Origin: Hormiphora californensis
Taxonomy: Eukaryota; Animalia; Ctenophora
DNA: 64,000 nt
Direction of reading: 5' to 3'
Assembly: GCA_020137815.1 (NCBI GenBank)
Contig: CM035362.1
Location: forward strand, 4,092,001 to 4,156,000
The notes under the pieces were generated by a model. The model ran no database searches. It worked only from the letters and a program-made list of their open reading frames with translations, and had not been told where the DNA came from. Below are positions 42,478-56,199 of this stretch, piece by piece. Made by a program: the position numbers and the translations under genes. Every line of letters starts with the position of its first letter. Position 1 is the stretch's first letter.

Positions 42478-43935
42478 ATGGCAAAAAGGACCGAGAGTTC
42501 AAACAACCCATCCACGGTAGCTGATAGAAAGTTTGAAATCCCTCCTATTCTCAAAACCGAGCCAATATACGTAGAACATGTCATCAAACCTGCAACTTAT
42601 GAGACACCCCTCTCAGTTCAAACAATACCCGGGATAGATGAGAGAGATATTTTATTCAAATGTGATGGATGTGGAAAACCAGGGAGTTACCTTCTTGAGT
42701 CGGGGTATAGACTTGTTAAAACAGCAATGACGATGGAAGTTGGAACTCAAACTGGGTGTGATGAAATTACAGTGGATCCTGTAAAGATGGAGATTACTGA
42801 TCCTTTTTACTATGACTCAGTACCTACCACATCAGCTGCGTCAAGTTCACTAATAGTTGGTGAGTTTTGGAGGGAAATATATTTTTCTTCATTGGATGTA
42901 GATTCTTAACGATAAATTCTAACTGATCTTTTATTTTCAGGTGACAATAGTTCTGGCTTAGATGGAGTGGAATCTTTGGCTAAATCTGGTGGCAAAGATG
43001 AATATAGCAGTTCTAAAGATGACATGATGCTGGGTCTTACAGATGAGGCATTCAGTGATTCCAGCGAAAAAGAAGAAACAGAGGTCCAGCAGAAATTCAA
43101 CTCTACAGTCCAACTACAGTCATCCCGAACCTCTGCCAGGATTAAAGCTTTCCTCCCTGAATCTTCCTGTCACTCAAATGAAAGGGACGACGGCTATCCT
43201 CCACAGAAATTCACCAACATGTGCAATCGGGCTCCATTGGAGAAAGATTTTATTGACATTGAGAGGCAAAAAACTGTTTTCCAGTGTAAAATCAGAGGGT
43301 GTTCGGTTGAAGAAACATCGGAGAAGGACCTGTTTGAGCATGTTAGAATTGATCATCCAGATAGGAAATATCGGTGTGATATTTGTCCAATGGCATTTAT
43401 GCATTTTTATGGCCTTACTAATCACAGCCTGGTCCACAGTGGAGATAAACCCCACCGATGTGACGAGTGTGGAATGAAGTTTGGTACAAAATCACGTTTA
43501 GAAAAACATCGGCTTTCGATTCATAACGAGAAGGCTATAGTTTCCTGCCGAAAACAAAATTGTGGTGTAAGATTACCCAAGAACGAGATGCACGAGCACA
43601 TCAGAACTGCACATCCGAAAGAGAAGTTCCAGTGTGATGTTTGTCCTATGAGTTTCAAGAGATCAGGCCTATTAAATAAACATAATCGAAAACACGATGG
43701 AAAAAGACCATACGAGTGTGAGGTGTGCGGTAAGAAGTTTTCTGTATTGAGTAGTTACAAAAGACACTTAAGTTCTCATACTGGAGAGCGTTCATTTAAA
43801 TGTGATGTTTGTGGCAAATATTTTTCTCAGTCAGATGATATGAAAAGGCACATGAGGACACACACCGGCGAGAAACCGTTTCCATGTTCATTCTGTGAGA
43901 AATGTTTCACGTCTTCTTCAGATAGAAATGTTCAT
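42478..43935 (+). CDS. C2H2 zinc-finger gene, type A N-terminus (exons 42478-42859 and 42941-43935); last finger cut at an inversion junction
   Basis: About 9 C2H2 fingers with TGEKP-type linkers; phase-1 GT-AG intron. Confidence 0.88.
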
Positions 43936-44202
43936 TGTGCTAACTAGTCGGTACTCTAAACCCAAATGGTGAATACCTGATGCACCACAGCCACCGCATG
44001 TGAATGTTAAAATGTTATCTGAGGAAATTGTAATATTGGAACTCTTGGAGTCGGTGCAGGGTGTGAGAATTTCAGGTTTGATGTTGCTTTGCACCTCAAT
44101 TTGTTCCGTTTTCAGGAGGTTAGGAATTACAAACATTCTATCCGATTTGGAGACGATTACTGCTGACTCTCCAGTACCACATCTAAGTGTTCTCTTTGAC
44201 AT
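43936..44202 (-). pseudogene. ZNF type B first exon, truncated
   Basis: MSKRTLRCG...LLKTEQIEV...FTCGGCGASG...LEYRLV. Confidence 0.75.
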
Positions 44203-44438
44203 ACCTTGATGGGAGAAAAAGAAGTGATTAAAGACTTGAAACATAATAATAATTTTCAAACACGGGCACTGAAGATATTGATATGTAGATAGATTATATA
44301 AAGGTCTTCATTCGTATACATTGAGGAAAGAGTAAATTTACTTTCTCATTGACGTTTGAGTATCATAAAACACTCGAATAATCAATACAAATTCTGATAA
44401 AAGTCTCTTTTATATTTCTTAAACACAAATAAACTGAA

Positions 44439-45407
44439 TTACTGTTTCGCAGAACAGGAAAACTCATGTTCTTTTCTTTGTGAACAATGAGCAAACTTTT
44501 TCTGGCAGAAACAGCATGGAAACGGTTTCTCGCCAGTGTGTGTCCTCATATGCACCTTCATATAATGTGCTCGCGCAAATGCTTTACCACAGACATCACA
44601 TTTGAATGGACGCTCTCCAGTATGTAATTTAAGATGCATAATATAACTACCCGAATGAGAAAACTTCTTTCTGCACACCTCACACTCGTATGGTTTAATT
44701 CCATTATGTTTTCGCTTATGCATAGTTAAATCATTAGGTTTCTTGAAACTCATAGGACAAACATCACATGCAACTTCTCTTTCGGATGTGCAGTTCTGAT
44801 GTGCTCGAACAACTCATTCTTGGGTACTCTCATCCCACAATTTTGCTGTCGGCAACTAACCATCTTTTTCTCATTATGAATTGCAAGACGATGTTTGTTT
44901 AGGGCGTCTTTCATTCCAAACTTCATTCCGCACTCGTCGCATTGGTGAGGTTTATCTCCACTGTGGACCAGGCTGTGCATGGTAAGGTGACTGGTACGGT
45001 AAAAGCCATTGGACAAACATCACACCGGTATTTCCTATCTGAGTGATCAATTTTAACATGCTCAAATAGTTCATTTTCTCTAAGTTTTACAACAGAGCAC
45101 CCCCTCATTTTACACTGGTAACTAGTGTTTTGACCAGAATCCGCCCCTTTAACAATTGATAGAGAGGAAGTCACATGCAGAGAAGGCTTTTCAATTGGAT
45201 CAGCATATGTCTGATGATAAGAGGAATTTGGAGCCGTTGACCGACCATCAAAGGATTGACTAGGTAAGATTGGATTTGTAACTGGAAAATAGGACGTTTT
45301 TGTAGATTTGGATTTCTGATGTACCACCTCTTTATCATTGAAATCAATTAGCGCCTCTTTTTCAGTCTAAACATCAAGTCTGCGTCAGAGCTGCTAACCT
45401 CCTCCTC
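44439..45407 (-). pseudogene. ZNF finger exon with frameshifts, 5' end lost in the gap
   Basis: Three overlapping ORFs together give a finger array ending SCSAKQ. Confidence 0.75.
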
Positions 45408-45507
45408 NNNNNNNNNNNNNNNNNNNNNNNNNNNNNNNNNNNNNNNNNNNNNNNNNNNNNNNNNNNNNNNNNNNNNNNNNNNNNNNNNNNNNNNNNNNNN
45501 NNNNNNN
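45408..45507. other. Scaffold gap (100 N)
   Basis: Direct. Confidence 1.
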
Positions 45508-45881
45508 TGCACGAGCACATCAGAACTGCACATCCGAAAGAGAAGTTCCAGTGTGATGTTTGTCCTATGAGTTTCAAGAGATCAGGCCTATTAAATAAAC
45601 ATAATCGAAAACACGATGGAAAAAGACCATACGAGTGTGAGGTGTGCGGTAAGAAGTTTTCTGTATTGAGTAGTTACAAAAGACACTTAAGTTCTCATAC
45701 TGGAGAGCGTTCATTTAAATGTGATGTTTGTGGCAAATATTTTTCTCAGTCAGATGATATGAAAAGGCACATGAGGACACACACCGGCGAGAAACCGTTT
45801 CCATGTTCATTCTGTGAGAAATGTTTCACGTCTTCTTCAGATAGAAATGTTCATGAGGTTTCCTGTTCTGCAAAACAGTGA
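45508..45881 (+). CDS. 3' part of a ZNF gene, identical to 43589-43935 but with an intact end
   Basis: Sequence identity; ends HEVSCSAKQ*. Confidence 0.75.
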
Positions 45882-46420
45882 TATACAATGTGGGTTTGGG
45901 AAATAAGTGAGAGTGTCTGTTAAATATCTATTGACTATTAATTATGATTACCCGTGCTCGGGTGGCATTATTAATCATGTTTATTTATCAATTATTACGT
46001 GGGTGTGTTTGAGAAAAGTTTATTTGTTTTTTTGTGTGTTGAATATAAACGTAGTCAAACGCAATGAGAAACTGACTGATGATATGGTATATTATAGTAG
46101 GAGCACTTAGATAACCACGTGGTTAAAGTCGAGTGCCAAACTTTTTGTGCATTGTCATGGCTCCTTCATTTCACCTCCAATAAAAAATGGCCTTTTTAGT
46201 TTTCGAAAGATCTTGTCGAGATCTACAAAAAACTTGTGGGTCACTTTTTATTCGATGCAAAGCAAAGGAGTGACAGTAACCTAAATTTCGGGTGGCGTGT
46301 GAGTTTTGTACGTGCATGATCTAAGCGTTCCTAGTGTTTATCTATAAATTATCTTCTCAACACCGCTGTCCGCTGTTTGAAAATCAAGATTTAACGCCTA
46401 TTTTTTTCTCCTATTAAGGT

Positions 46421-46848
46421 ATGGCAAAGAGAAATCTTAGATCTGATACTGGAGAGTCAACAGAAATCGTCTCCAAATCGGCTAGAAAGTTTGAAATTCC
46501 TGTCCTCTTGAAAACGGAACAAATTGAGGTGGAAAGCAACATCAAACCTGAAGTTCTAACACCCTGTACCGACTTCAAGAGTTCCAATATAACAATTTCA
46601 TTAGATAACATTTTAACATTCACGTGTGGTGGGTGTGGTGCATCAGGTATTCACCATTTGGGTCTGGAGTATCGACTAGTGAAAACTGCAATGTTGGTGG
46701 AAGTTGGTACTCAAACTGGAGATGAGTCACGTTCTTCTGAGATTCCTGTCGAGACGTCGAATGATAGATTCTTGGATGACGAAAGCAATCCTGTCTCTGT
46801 TCCTACTTCTTTTACTGCTTCACCACTTGTTGTGTCTTCTGATAATGG
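46421..46848 (+). pseudogene. ZNF type B first exon only (part of a ~621-bp tandem duplication)
   Basis: 46259-46870 repeated at 46879-47490; no finger exon follows this copy. Confidence 0.75.
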
Positions 46849-47041
46849 TAAGCATCAGACTACTTTCACTTCGACACTGCAAAGCAAAGGAGTGACAGTA
46901 ACCTAAATTTCGGGTGGCGTGTGAGTTTTGTACGTGCATGATCTAAGCGTTCCTAGTGTTTATCTATAAATTATCTTCTCAACACCGCTGTCCGCTGTTT
47001 GAAAATCAAGATTTAACGCCTATTTTTTCTCCTATTAAGGT

Positions 47042-48390
47042 ATGGCAAAGAGAAATCTTAGATCTGATACTGGAGAGTCAACAGAAATCGTCTCCAAATC
47101 AGCTGAAAAGTTTGATATTCCTGCCCTCCTGAAAACAGAACAAATTGAGGTGGAAAGCAACATCAAACCTGAAATTATCACACTCTGCACCGACTCCAAG
47201 AGTTCAAATATTACAATTTCCGCAGATAACATTTTAACATTCACATGCGGTGGGTGTGGGGTATCAGGTATTCACCATTTGGGTCTGGAGTACCGACTAG
47301 TTAGAACAGCCACGTTGGTGGCGGTTGGTACTCAAACTGGTGATGAGTCAAGTACCTCTGAGATTCCTGTAGAGAGGTCTAATGCTCGATCCTTAGATGA
47401 CCAAAACAATCCTGTCTCAGTTCCTACTTCTTCTGCTGCTTCACCAATTGTTGTGTATTCTGATAATGGTAAGCATCAGACTACTTTCACTTCCATCTCG
47501 TTGCTATATTCTTTAATTGTGTTAATTTCATGGAAAACAGGATCAGGAGCCTATTTAAAATCCTAATGTGTTATTCGAAGTTCTAACCCTCCTTTTTATT
47601 TTCAGAAGATACTTCAGAAGATGAGGATTGCTCTGACTCAGATGAAGAGGAATCTCCGGATGAATCTGGTGGTGAGGAAGAGGTCAATGGAACAGATGAG
47701 CAGAGTTTCCAGTGTAAAATCAAAGTGTGTTCGGTTTTGAAACCAACGGAGGAGGACTTGTTCGAGCACGTTAGAATTGATCACTCAGACAGAAAATACG
47801 GTGCAATGTTTGTCCAATGGCTTTTAAGCAACCCAGCGCCCTAACTCAACACAGCCTGATCCACAGTGGAGATAAACCTTACCAATGTGACGTGTGTGGA
47901 ATGAAGTTTTTACTAAAACCTAATTTGGTAAAACATCAGTTATTGATCCATAACGTGAAAAAGACAGTTGCTTGTCGATTTAAAAGCTGTGGATTAGGAT
48001 TCCCCAACAACAACGAGTTATATGACCACATCAGAACTGCACATCCGAGAGAGAAATTCCAGTGCGATAAGTGCCCTTCTTCTTTTAAGTTTCAATCCCA
48101 ATTAATCCGCATAATCGAATCCTACTGGAATTAAACCTTACGAATGTGAGGTGTGTGGTAAAATTTTCTCAGTTAGGTCATTATAAATCACATTTTATTT
48201 TACATACGGAGAGCGTCCATTCAAATGTGATGTCTGTGGTAAAGCATTTTCTCGAGCAGAGAATATGAAGACGCATATGAGGACACACACTGGCGAGAAA
48301 CCTTTTTCTTGTTCTCACTGTGGGAAATATTTTACTAGAAAATCACACCGAAAAGTTCATGAGGTTTTCTGTTCTGCGAGCCAGAATTAA
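47042..48390 (+). pseudogene. ZNF type B gene with frameshifts in the finger exon (or consensus errors)
   Basis: Exon 1 47042-~47468; exon 2 from ~47606 with C2H2 array ending CSASQN*. Confidence 0.75.
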
Positions 48391-48581
48391 TAATTAGAGT
48401 ATTGAAAGTTGTGTGCTGTGTGTCGCAAGGGTATATTTATACTGCTATGTTTCTAAAATAAATTCTTTGATTCTTGGCGGTCCACTGTTATGCGATTATA
48501 ATGATATTTTTATTCTTCAAATTCTTATGGTTCTTACTTTGGTGACCACTATCTTAACAATTCCCTTTCTCCCATCAAGGT

Positions 48582-48911
48582 ATGGCGAAAAGAAAACGTG
48601 GGAGTCCAACTAAAAATGTCACAAAATCAGCTGAACAGTTTGATATTCCTGCCCTCCTGAAAACGGAACAAATTGAGGTGGAAAGCAACATCAAACCTGA
48701 AATTCTCACACCCTGCACCGACTTCAAGAGTTCAAATATAGCAATTTCTTCCGATAACATTTTAACATTCACATGCGGTGGCTGTGGGGCATCAGGTATT
48801 CACCATTTGGGTTTAGAGTACCGACTAGTTAGAACAGCCACATTGGTGGAGGTTGGTACTCAAACTGGAGATGAGTCAAGTTCCTCTGAGATTCCTGTAG
48901 AGAGGTCCAAT
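48582..48911 (+). pseudogene. ZNF type B first exon fused to the truncated transposase locus
   Basis: Family homology stops after EIPVERSN. Confidence 0.7.
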
Positions 48912-49262
48912 GGCATCTCTTCTATCTCGGCCCCGGTTGTCCCAGGGAGCTCAGCAACCAACAACCCGGTAAGTGTGCAAATAATTAGGTTTTTACTTCG
49001 TGTTCTCTTTCCTTCACTTTTATAATCTTGGCTCTCCTAGACCGGCCCATCAAGTAATCCTCTTTCTTTCTCTAAATCTCTAACCAATACACCCTCTCTA
49101 TACCTTCTTATTGTATTAATAAATAAATATCTTCCTAGGCTGAAGGAAGACCGCCATCTGTACAGGCATTTGTTGATGACCTAAACAAAAAATTGGCGGC
49201 CTGCAAGGATGTACAGTCAGTAACTTTGTGTACTGATATCAGGATGGCGGTGAGTTTGTCAT

Positions 49263-49512
49263 CAGGAACCGACCGAATCAGGTAAACAACCAATCAGAAC
49301 TCGTTATTAAGGTCACGTGACTGGTTATCAGCCAATCAGGGACCAGTATTACCTGATTCGGTCGGTTCCTGATGACAAACTTCTAAATGAACATGATGAC
49401 AAACAGGAACCGACCGAATCAGGTAATACTGGTCCCTGATTGGCTGATAACCAGTCACGTGACCTTAATAACGAGCTCTGATTGGTTATTTACTTGTTTC
49501 GGTCGGTTCCTG
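49263..49512. mobile_element. Two M1 MITE copies in opposite orientation with an inverted spacer
   Basis: 49263-49371 and 49404-49512; outer TSD tttgtcat. Confidence 0.85.
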
Positions 49513-50143
49513 TTTGTCATCATGTTCATTTAGAAACATTAGTTTGCCTCAATATATCGTTTGTTTTTGTTCTTTTTGTACGTATCGTAATCTATTTCAC
49601 AGATAACTCCTGCTGATGGCAAGTTAAGGTGCACCCTCAATTCCTGTAAACACAAAATTGGTATTAAGGTGCCACCGCCACCATACACAACCAATGGCAA
49701 TATTACAAAACCATTCGCTAACATGAGAAAGGCGATCAGAAATCACTTTAGCAGTGACGACCACATCAGGAACTGTCAGGCTGCGGTTGCCGTGCCTGCA
49801 ATCATGTCCAGGTCGAAGCTGGAGATCCTTAAAAAACTGCTGCTGATTGTGTACACCAACATTAAACACCGGGTTTCATTCGAGTAAGTTCTTATTACCG
49901 TCTCTCAAATTGAAAAAAAAATTCTAACACACATAAACATAGTTAGTTATTATTGTTATTATTAGCTCTTCCTGCTTAAAACTACCCTCCAATCCTATCA
50001 GGGCGTACGAAGACTATGTAACTACGATGTGGATGTTGGGTATCGATGTAGGGGATCAAGACCTTTCTAAGGAATTTCCTAGAAAGGCGCTTCCTATATT
50101 CCACGACCAAATCTTCACGGCCGCCAAGAAGAAACTCATCACC

Positions 50144-53100
50144 GTTTGCGGAAGTTTCAAACTTTTCAACACTACTTTAAACAAATTAATTTGAGTTTGC
50201 CGTCAATCGTTCCTGATAACTGTGTTAGCATCTATTCTCTAATCTTTTAGATCTCTGTTAGGCCTACTTTAACTTAACTTACGAGTGATATCAGTGAAGA
50301 GTTTGTTGTTGGCCGGCGTGCAACGGGTGTTTTAGGATGACCGTTACGAGTAATTATGACATATGTATCACTAAGAGTGATTTTGAAGACGTGTTAGCAG
50401 GAGAAGTATTTAGTAATGATTATAAGGGTAGTGATTTGTTAGTGTGCCTTGGGAGGGGTGACACTGTTTGTCCGTCGTCTGTCCATAAACCTCAGTTGTG
50501 GCATCTTCTCAAAGCCTGTTACAACATGCTTCCGGCGTCGGCACCGTTTTCTGTTCCTGGAGACCAGACTGATCTGAAAGAGTCGTTTGCAAAGCTGCAC
50601 AAGGATCTGGTTTCCACTATCTCTGCTTTGGTCAAACCTATGGAGAATAGTAGAAGTGATATTGGGTGGTGATCCAGAGGAACCGGTTACACCTACGATG
50701 AAACACTATGTGAATATTAAAACTGGCATCAATGAGGAAGGAGGGCCAGGATTCTGTGCGAAGAAGTGGACTGATGAGGTCAAACCCAAAGTGGAAACTG
50801 CGTTGAAGACGATACCGGTGGTGAGATCCAGAGTGAACAGTGACCATACCCGGCTGTATTTCCCTGATGAAGACCAGATGAAGGAAGCAGAGAAAGTTTT
50901 GACTCCACTTGCACAGGACTGTTCCATGTCATTTTTCTCAGAGGAGGCCAAGAAGCTTGAACCAAAGGTAACTATAAATGATTTGGACCCAGACCTACTG
51001 AAAAAGGAGACTATCCTGGCAGCGATTTTGGACAAGAATGTGGATATCAGAAAACTTTATCATGAGGACAAGAAGTTGAAGGTGGTGTTTGTGAGCGAAA
51101 GAGACAGGTATGCAGTATCCAGATGGCTCCAGAGATCCGGAGGCTTTTGTCTACTAACGGGGATAAGATCAACTTGGGTTTCGGCAAACACTTTGTCAAG
51201 AACAGGTATCATGTGATACAGTGTTTTCACTGTCAAGGATTTGGGCATATAGCAGGATCGATTACTGCCCCAAAAGGATACTCCAATATGCTGCTTCTGT
51301 GCTGGATCGCATCAGACGAAAGACTGTAGAGCAAGAAGAACAACGAGACTGGTAGGATGAAATGTGTGAACTGTGAAGTTGGAGGATCAAGAGAGGACAA
51401 GAAGTATTCGAAGACCCATACGGCTTCAAGTATGTGGTGCCCTTCCTACATCAATGAACGAGCACGGCTTATGGAGAGGACTGCAGGTGTAAGCAAAGAG
51501 GAAAAAAACCTGTACTGGACGAGGACCAAGGAGGAGCTACACAGGAAAAGACTTGGAAGATTGGGACACTAAATGTCCGCTCTCTTATTAACAAAACTGG
51601 AGGTGTTATTTCGCATCTGGAAGAGGAGGATTGTGATATTTGTCTTATACAGGAGACATTTTTGAAATCAACGGACACTGGAAAACTTCAAGAAATCAGA
51701 GATAATGGATGGGACATTTTCTCATGCCCCAGAGGAGACAGAGGAGGTGGAGGAATCGGAATACTTTTTCGAGATGGCATAGTTCTTCGGCAGTGTCCAG
51801 TGAAGACCAAGTATAAGTCTTTTCAAGTACAAGAGGTTCTGATCAGTGACAGAGATCAACCGAAGAGAATCTGTAATGTCTATCGTCCTCCGTACACACC
51901 GAGGTCAAGACTTACAGAAGCAACTTTCCTGTCGGAGTTGGTGACTACCTTTCCGAGCTTGTTATGAAGCAGGTACTCCGATCATCGCTGGTGACCTAAA
52001 CTTCCAGGTGCAAGATGATATAAACTTCTATGCAAGGAAACTTTTGGAGCTGCTGGATTCATTTGATCTTCACAAAAGAGTACCAATGTTGCCTACTCAC
52101 CAGCTGGGAGGAACCTTGGACTTGGTGATAACTACAAGAGAAACTTCTCTAGGTGACATATCCATATTTCCTAATGGTACTACATCCGATCACTTCCTAG
52201 TACAGTTTGGGATTCAAGTGAGACCTGACCTGTCGAACTCCTGTCTGAAGAAATCAGTGCATCGAGAATACATGGATTACAAGTCAGTGGATTTGGAAGG
52301 ATTTAAAGAGGACTTGCGGAAGGCAGATTTTGAAGGAGGTAGGGATCAGAGAGGCGTGGTGATTTCTATCGTTGGCTGGAAGGTATAGTGGAGAAGCGAG
52401 AGAGTACCGAGGAAACGGGTGAGGACTGGTAAAAAGTTTAAGCCATGGAGGGATGAGGAACTTAGAGGATTACTTCGAGAGAGGAGGAATGCAGAACGGT
52501 GTTGGCGGAAACTTGGAACTATGGATGCGAAAGGAGATTTAATGACCTGAAGAAACTGTATGGAAAGATGGATAGGAAAAGAGGTCACTTTTCATTAAAG
52601 AGGACTTGGTTGCTGCCAAAGGTGACCCAAGAAATTGCAAAGTAAGCTCCAGAAATCCTTGGAAAAGCTGAAACAATTCTTCCTGAAACAACAAACACCA
52701 AGAACTTGGCAGATGATTTCTCCCAGTTCTTTAGTTCCAAAGTGGAAAAAATTCGAACCCAAGTCAAGAGGAGCAGAAGCAAGCTGGCGACTTTGAGGAA
52801 CCCGGAAAAGCTGATTCAACATGGAAGGAATTCAAAGAGATATCGGAGGGAGGAACTTGTTAAGGTGGTGAAGTCTATGTCAAGCAAACATTGTGACCTT
52901 GATCCGTTGCCCACTTGGGTAGTAAAGGAGTGCATTAGGGATCTTGTCGGTATTAACATCGATGGTAAACCAATCTCTACATCAGTCTACAGTTGCGGAA
53001 TCTCTCCAGAAAGTTATCGTGTTTCCTACCATCAAGAATCTGTACGGAGATAGGGAAGCTCTCAGTAACTATCGTCCTGTCTCTAATATCCCATTCCTTC

Positions 53101-54800
53101 TAAGCTCCTAGAAAAGGTGTGCTCACGCAGCTGAATGAGTACCTTGAAAGCAATTCACTTCTGGGCAAGCATCAATCGGTTATCGTGCTGGTCACAGTTG
53201 CGAAACGCTGTTAGCCAGCATGTTTGATGATGTATTAGGTGAGATGGATAAAGGAAATGTTGTTGCTCTGATCTGTTTGGACATGAGTGCTGCGTTTGAC
53301 ACATGGATCATGGAAGTTGTTGGAGGTGTTGCAGAAACGGTTTGGAGTGGATGGTGATCCTCTTCAATGGTTTAAGAGCTACCGAGTTCCAGATCTTTTA
53401 GAGTCTCGGTTGGTGATTGTCTCTCGGATACCCTGGCCTACTCTGTGGAGTGCCCCAGGGGTCTCTTCTTGGTCCTATTTTGTTTCTACTTTACATTGAA
53501 GCTGTGCAAGATTGTGGAACCATATGGACTCCGGATAAAGTTATATGCAGACGACTCCCAGCTCTATGTGAGTTTGTTTCCTACGGATTCTACTGGCTGG
53601 TCTAGGACGAAGGTGGATATTGAGGAGTGTCTGGCGAAGGTGAAACGGTGGATGTGGGGCAGTGGTTGAAGTGTAATGAGGCCAAACGGAATTCATCCTG
53701 CTTGGAAAGCGCAGTTCTTTGAGTAAAATCTCTTCGATCCAGTTACAACTTTGGAGGAACGGAAATCTTCCCCAGTGAATGTAGTGGAGCAGATGGGAAA
53801 ACCTTGGGAATACTCTTGGACCACAATCTTAATCTTGAACGACAGGTTAACAATGTGAGGAAACAGTGTGGGCTGATATACGGAATCTTTGGCAGTTACA
53901 CAGATGTTGTTTGATATTCAAACGAAGATAATGCTGGTCAAACAATTGATTATATCGAGGATTGATTACAGTAATATTCTGTACTGTGGACTTCCGGCCC
54001 GAGTTCTTGGTGGGCTCCAGAAAACACTAAACTCCTGTGTACGCTTTATATTCAACATCCATGGGCATCAAGAGGATTACTCGGAATACTTCAGGCAGTG
54101 TCATATTTTACCCATCTCCTACAGACTGGACTTCAAAGCCTGTCAATCGCTTATAAGATAGTCTATGGAACGGCACCAGGTTACCTCCAGGAAATGGTTC
54201 CTCTTGATAAAAGCTGGGGAGTTCCAGGACAACAAGGATGACTAGTGTTATTGATCCTTACAGATTAAAACACCCCAAGATGACCAGTATCAACGCCAAT
54301 TCTAATTGAGAAGTAGGAGACTATCAGTATTTCTGCGCTATTTGGAATGAGCTACCCCTCGAGTTAAGGTCGATCCCCAACGTTGATACCTTTAAAGCTC
54401 GCCTGAAAACACATCTCTTCGTTGGTGCATTTGGAGTGGGTGATGGGAACCCATGGCTGAGTTGTAATGTTTGTTGTAGTTGGGGGTCTGCGGGCCATCA
54501 GTGTCATCCTCTCTCTAGTCATGTTATTAGTCGCTATCTGGTATCCTTTTTTGAGCAGGTGTGAGTATAGCGTGTTTAAAATTATATCTACAGGTTTATG
54601 GACCAGTTATTCCCCCAGTTTGATAAGTCCAGTTAATTTGGTTTCCATATATGTCTTTTTCAACCAGAATTGTTCGTGTGCGATATTTTTACTCTAGGAT
54701 ATACCGCTCTGATGACTCGTCGGAACATCGCCAATATTTTGACATGTTTCCGTCGGGTATGGGCGGTATATAAGCGCGGAATATTATTATTATTATTATT
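50144..54800 (+). mobile_element. Near full-length L2/CR1-group LINE with many frameshifts: ORF1 with zinc knuckles (~50337-51572), ORF2 APE-RT (~51550-54460), (ATT)n tail
   Basis: QCFHCQGFGH, CVNC; LNVRSL...IQETFL; GGTLDLVIT...SDH; GVPQGSLLGP; YADD; 5' boundary approximate. Confidence 0.88.
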
Positions 54801-56104
54801 AGTACCCTTGGCGGTGATAATCGATGGGGTTACCTCCCGCCAGATGTGAGTTGATCAAGCACCATCTTTTGGGCCAAAAACAAGAATAACGGTTTTCTGA
54901 TGGTTGTATTCTTTCTTATTTTGCAGGCAGCGTGTTGTGGTGGCAGTGCGATATCTTGATCTGGAAGGAGATGGACCCCTAGTCCGCATTTTGTATGCTG
55001 GCCATCCTGTCAACTCCGGCCACACCTGTGATGTAGCAGCGTTAGTGGTACCATGCCTCCAGAATATAATGCCCGATACAACATCCTTGTCCAGGTCTTT
55101 GAAATTCTTTATCACGGATGGCCACTTGATAAGTACATGTGTAAGTTTCAATCTTTTTAGACTCAAGATTACAAACATATATGGAATACTGTATCGTAAG
55201 CTTCTAAACTTTCTCGTTTGCTCCTTCAAACAGTTTTTCGTTCAGTTCAAGGACGAGATGTGTAGGAAGTTGGGTGTGTCGGTGAATGGCAGGTGCTTCG
55301 GTTGGGACTACGGCCATGCAAACCAATCCACCACCAAGGAGGCAATGAACTCGGTGGAAGGGTTGACATTTAAGATGGTTGTGGAGGAGTCTTTGGACAT
55401 CACATCGTACCTGAGGTAGTTGTACCCAAAATAGATATTCGAAACTGTAGATCTACTTTGAAACTGATAATATATGTACTGCTTATCAAGCAATTACTTT
55501 CTCAGGAAAAATCATGTACATGAGGAAGTCAAAAAAGAAATGAAATTTGTTCAGACCGACAGAACCATTGTCCACGATTTTTATAAGAACTGGAGCACTT
55601 ATGTCAAACGTAAGTAATAATGGGTGCTAAGGTCGAAATACTTTGCCCTACGTACAGTTTGTATTTATAATTACAATTCATTTTCAGTGTTGCAGAACCG
55701 TATTTCGGCAGGCACCGATGTGGCCAAGGCCCGGGCATACCTCGCTCTTATGGCATCGGATGAGTGGAAGTCGAAGCTGCTCTTCTTAAAGGTTATTGTT
55801 TGTAAATTTTATAACTCTATGAAACGTGATAATTAGCACTAGCTGAGTCGTTGTTCAGCCTTCAATTATGCAGTTTTTAGTATAATTTCTCCCGATCACA
55901 TATTGTACATGTATTAATGATTTCTCCCGATCAGGATTTCTTGTCCCTGCTCAAGAGATACTCGGTAACATGGCAGGACAACACAGCGCTCATTGGCCGG
56001 GCGGAGGAAACCAGGCACCAGTTACTTTTTGTTCTGGATAACATCCAGCTGGCTACTCCGTCCGAGGGGACCATGGCGCTCTTCCCCACGTTCCTGGAAA
56101 ACAG

Positions 56105-56199
56105 GTAAACAACCAATCAGAACTCGTTATTTAGGTCACGTGACTGGTTATCAGCCAATCAGGGACCATGGCGCTGTTCCCCACGTTCCTGGAGAACAG
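56105..56199 (+). other. Candidate newly created intron: M1 MITE core plus a duplicated exon segment
   Basis: AACAG|GTAAAC...(58 nt MITE)(37-nt duplicate of 56068-56104)...AACAG|TGTG. Confidence 0.6.

Noticed and set aside
50337-54460. Programmed frameshifting in the LINE
   Set aside because: Numerous scattered 1-bp deletions fit decay or consensus error
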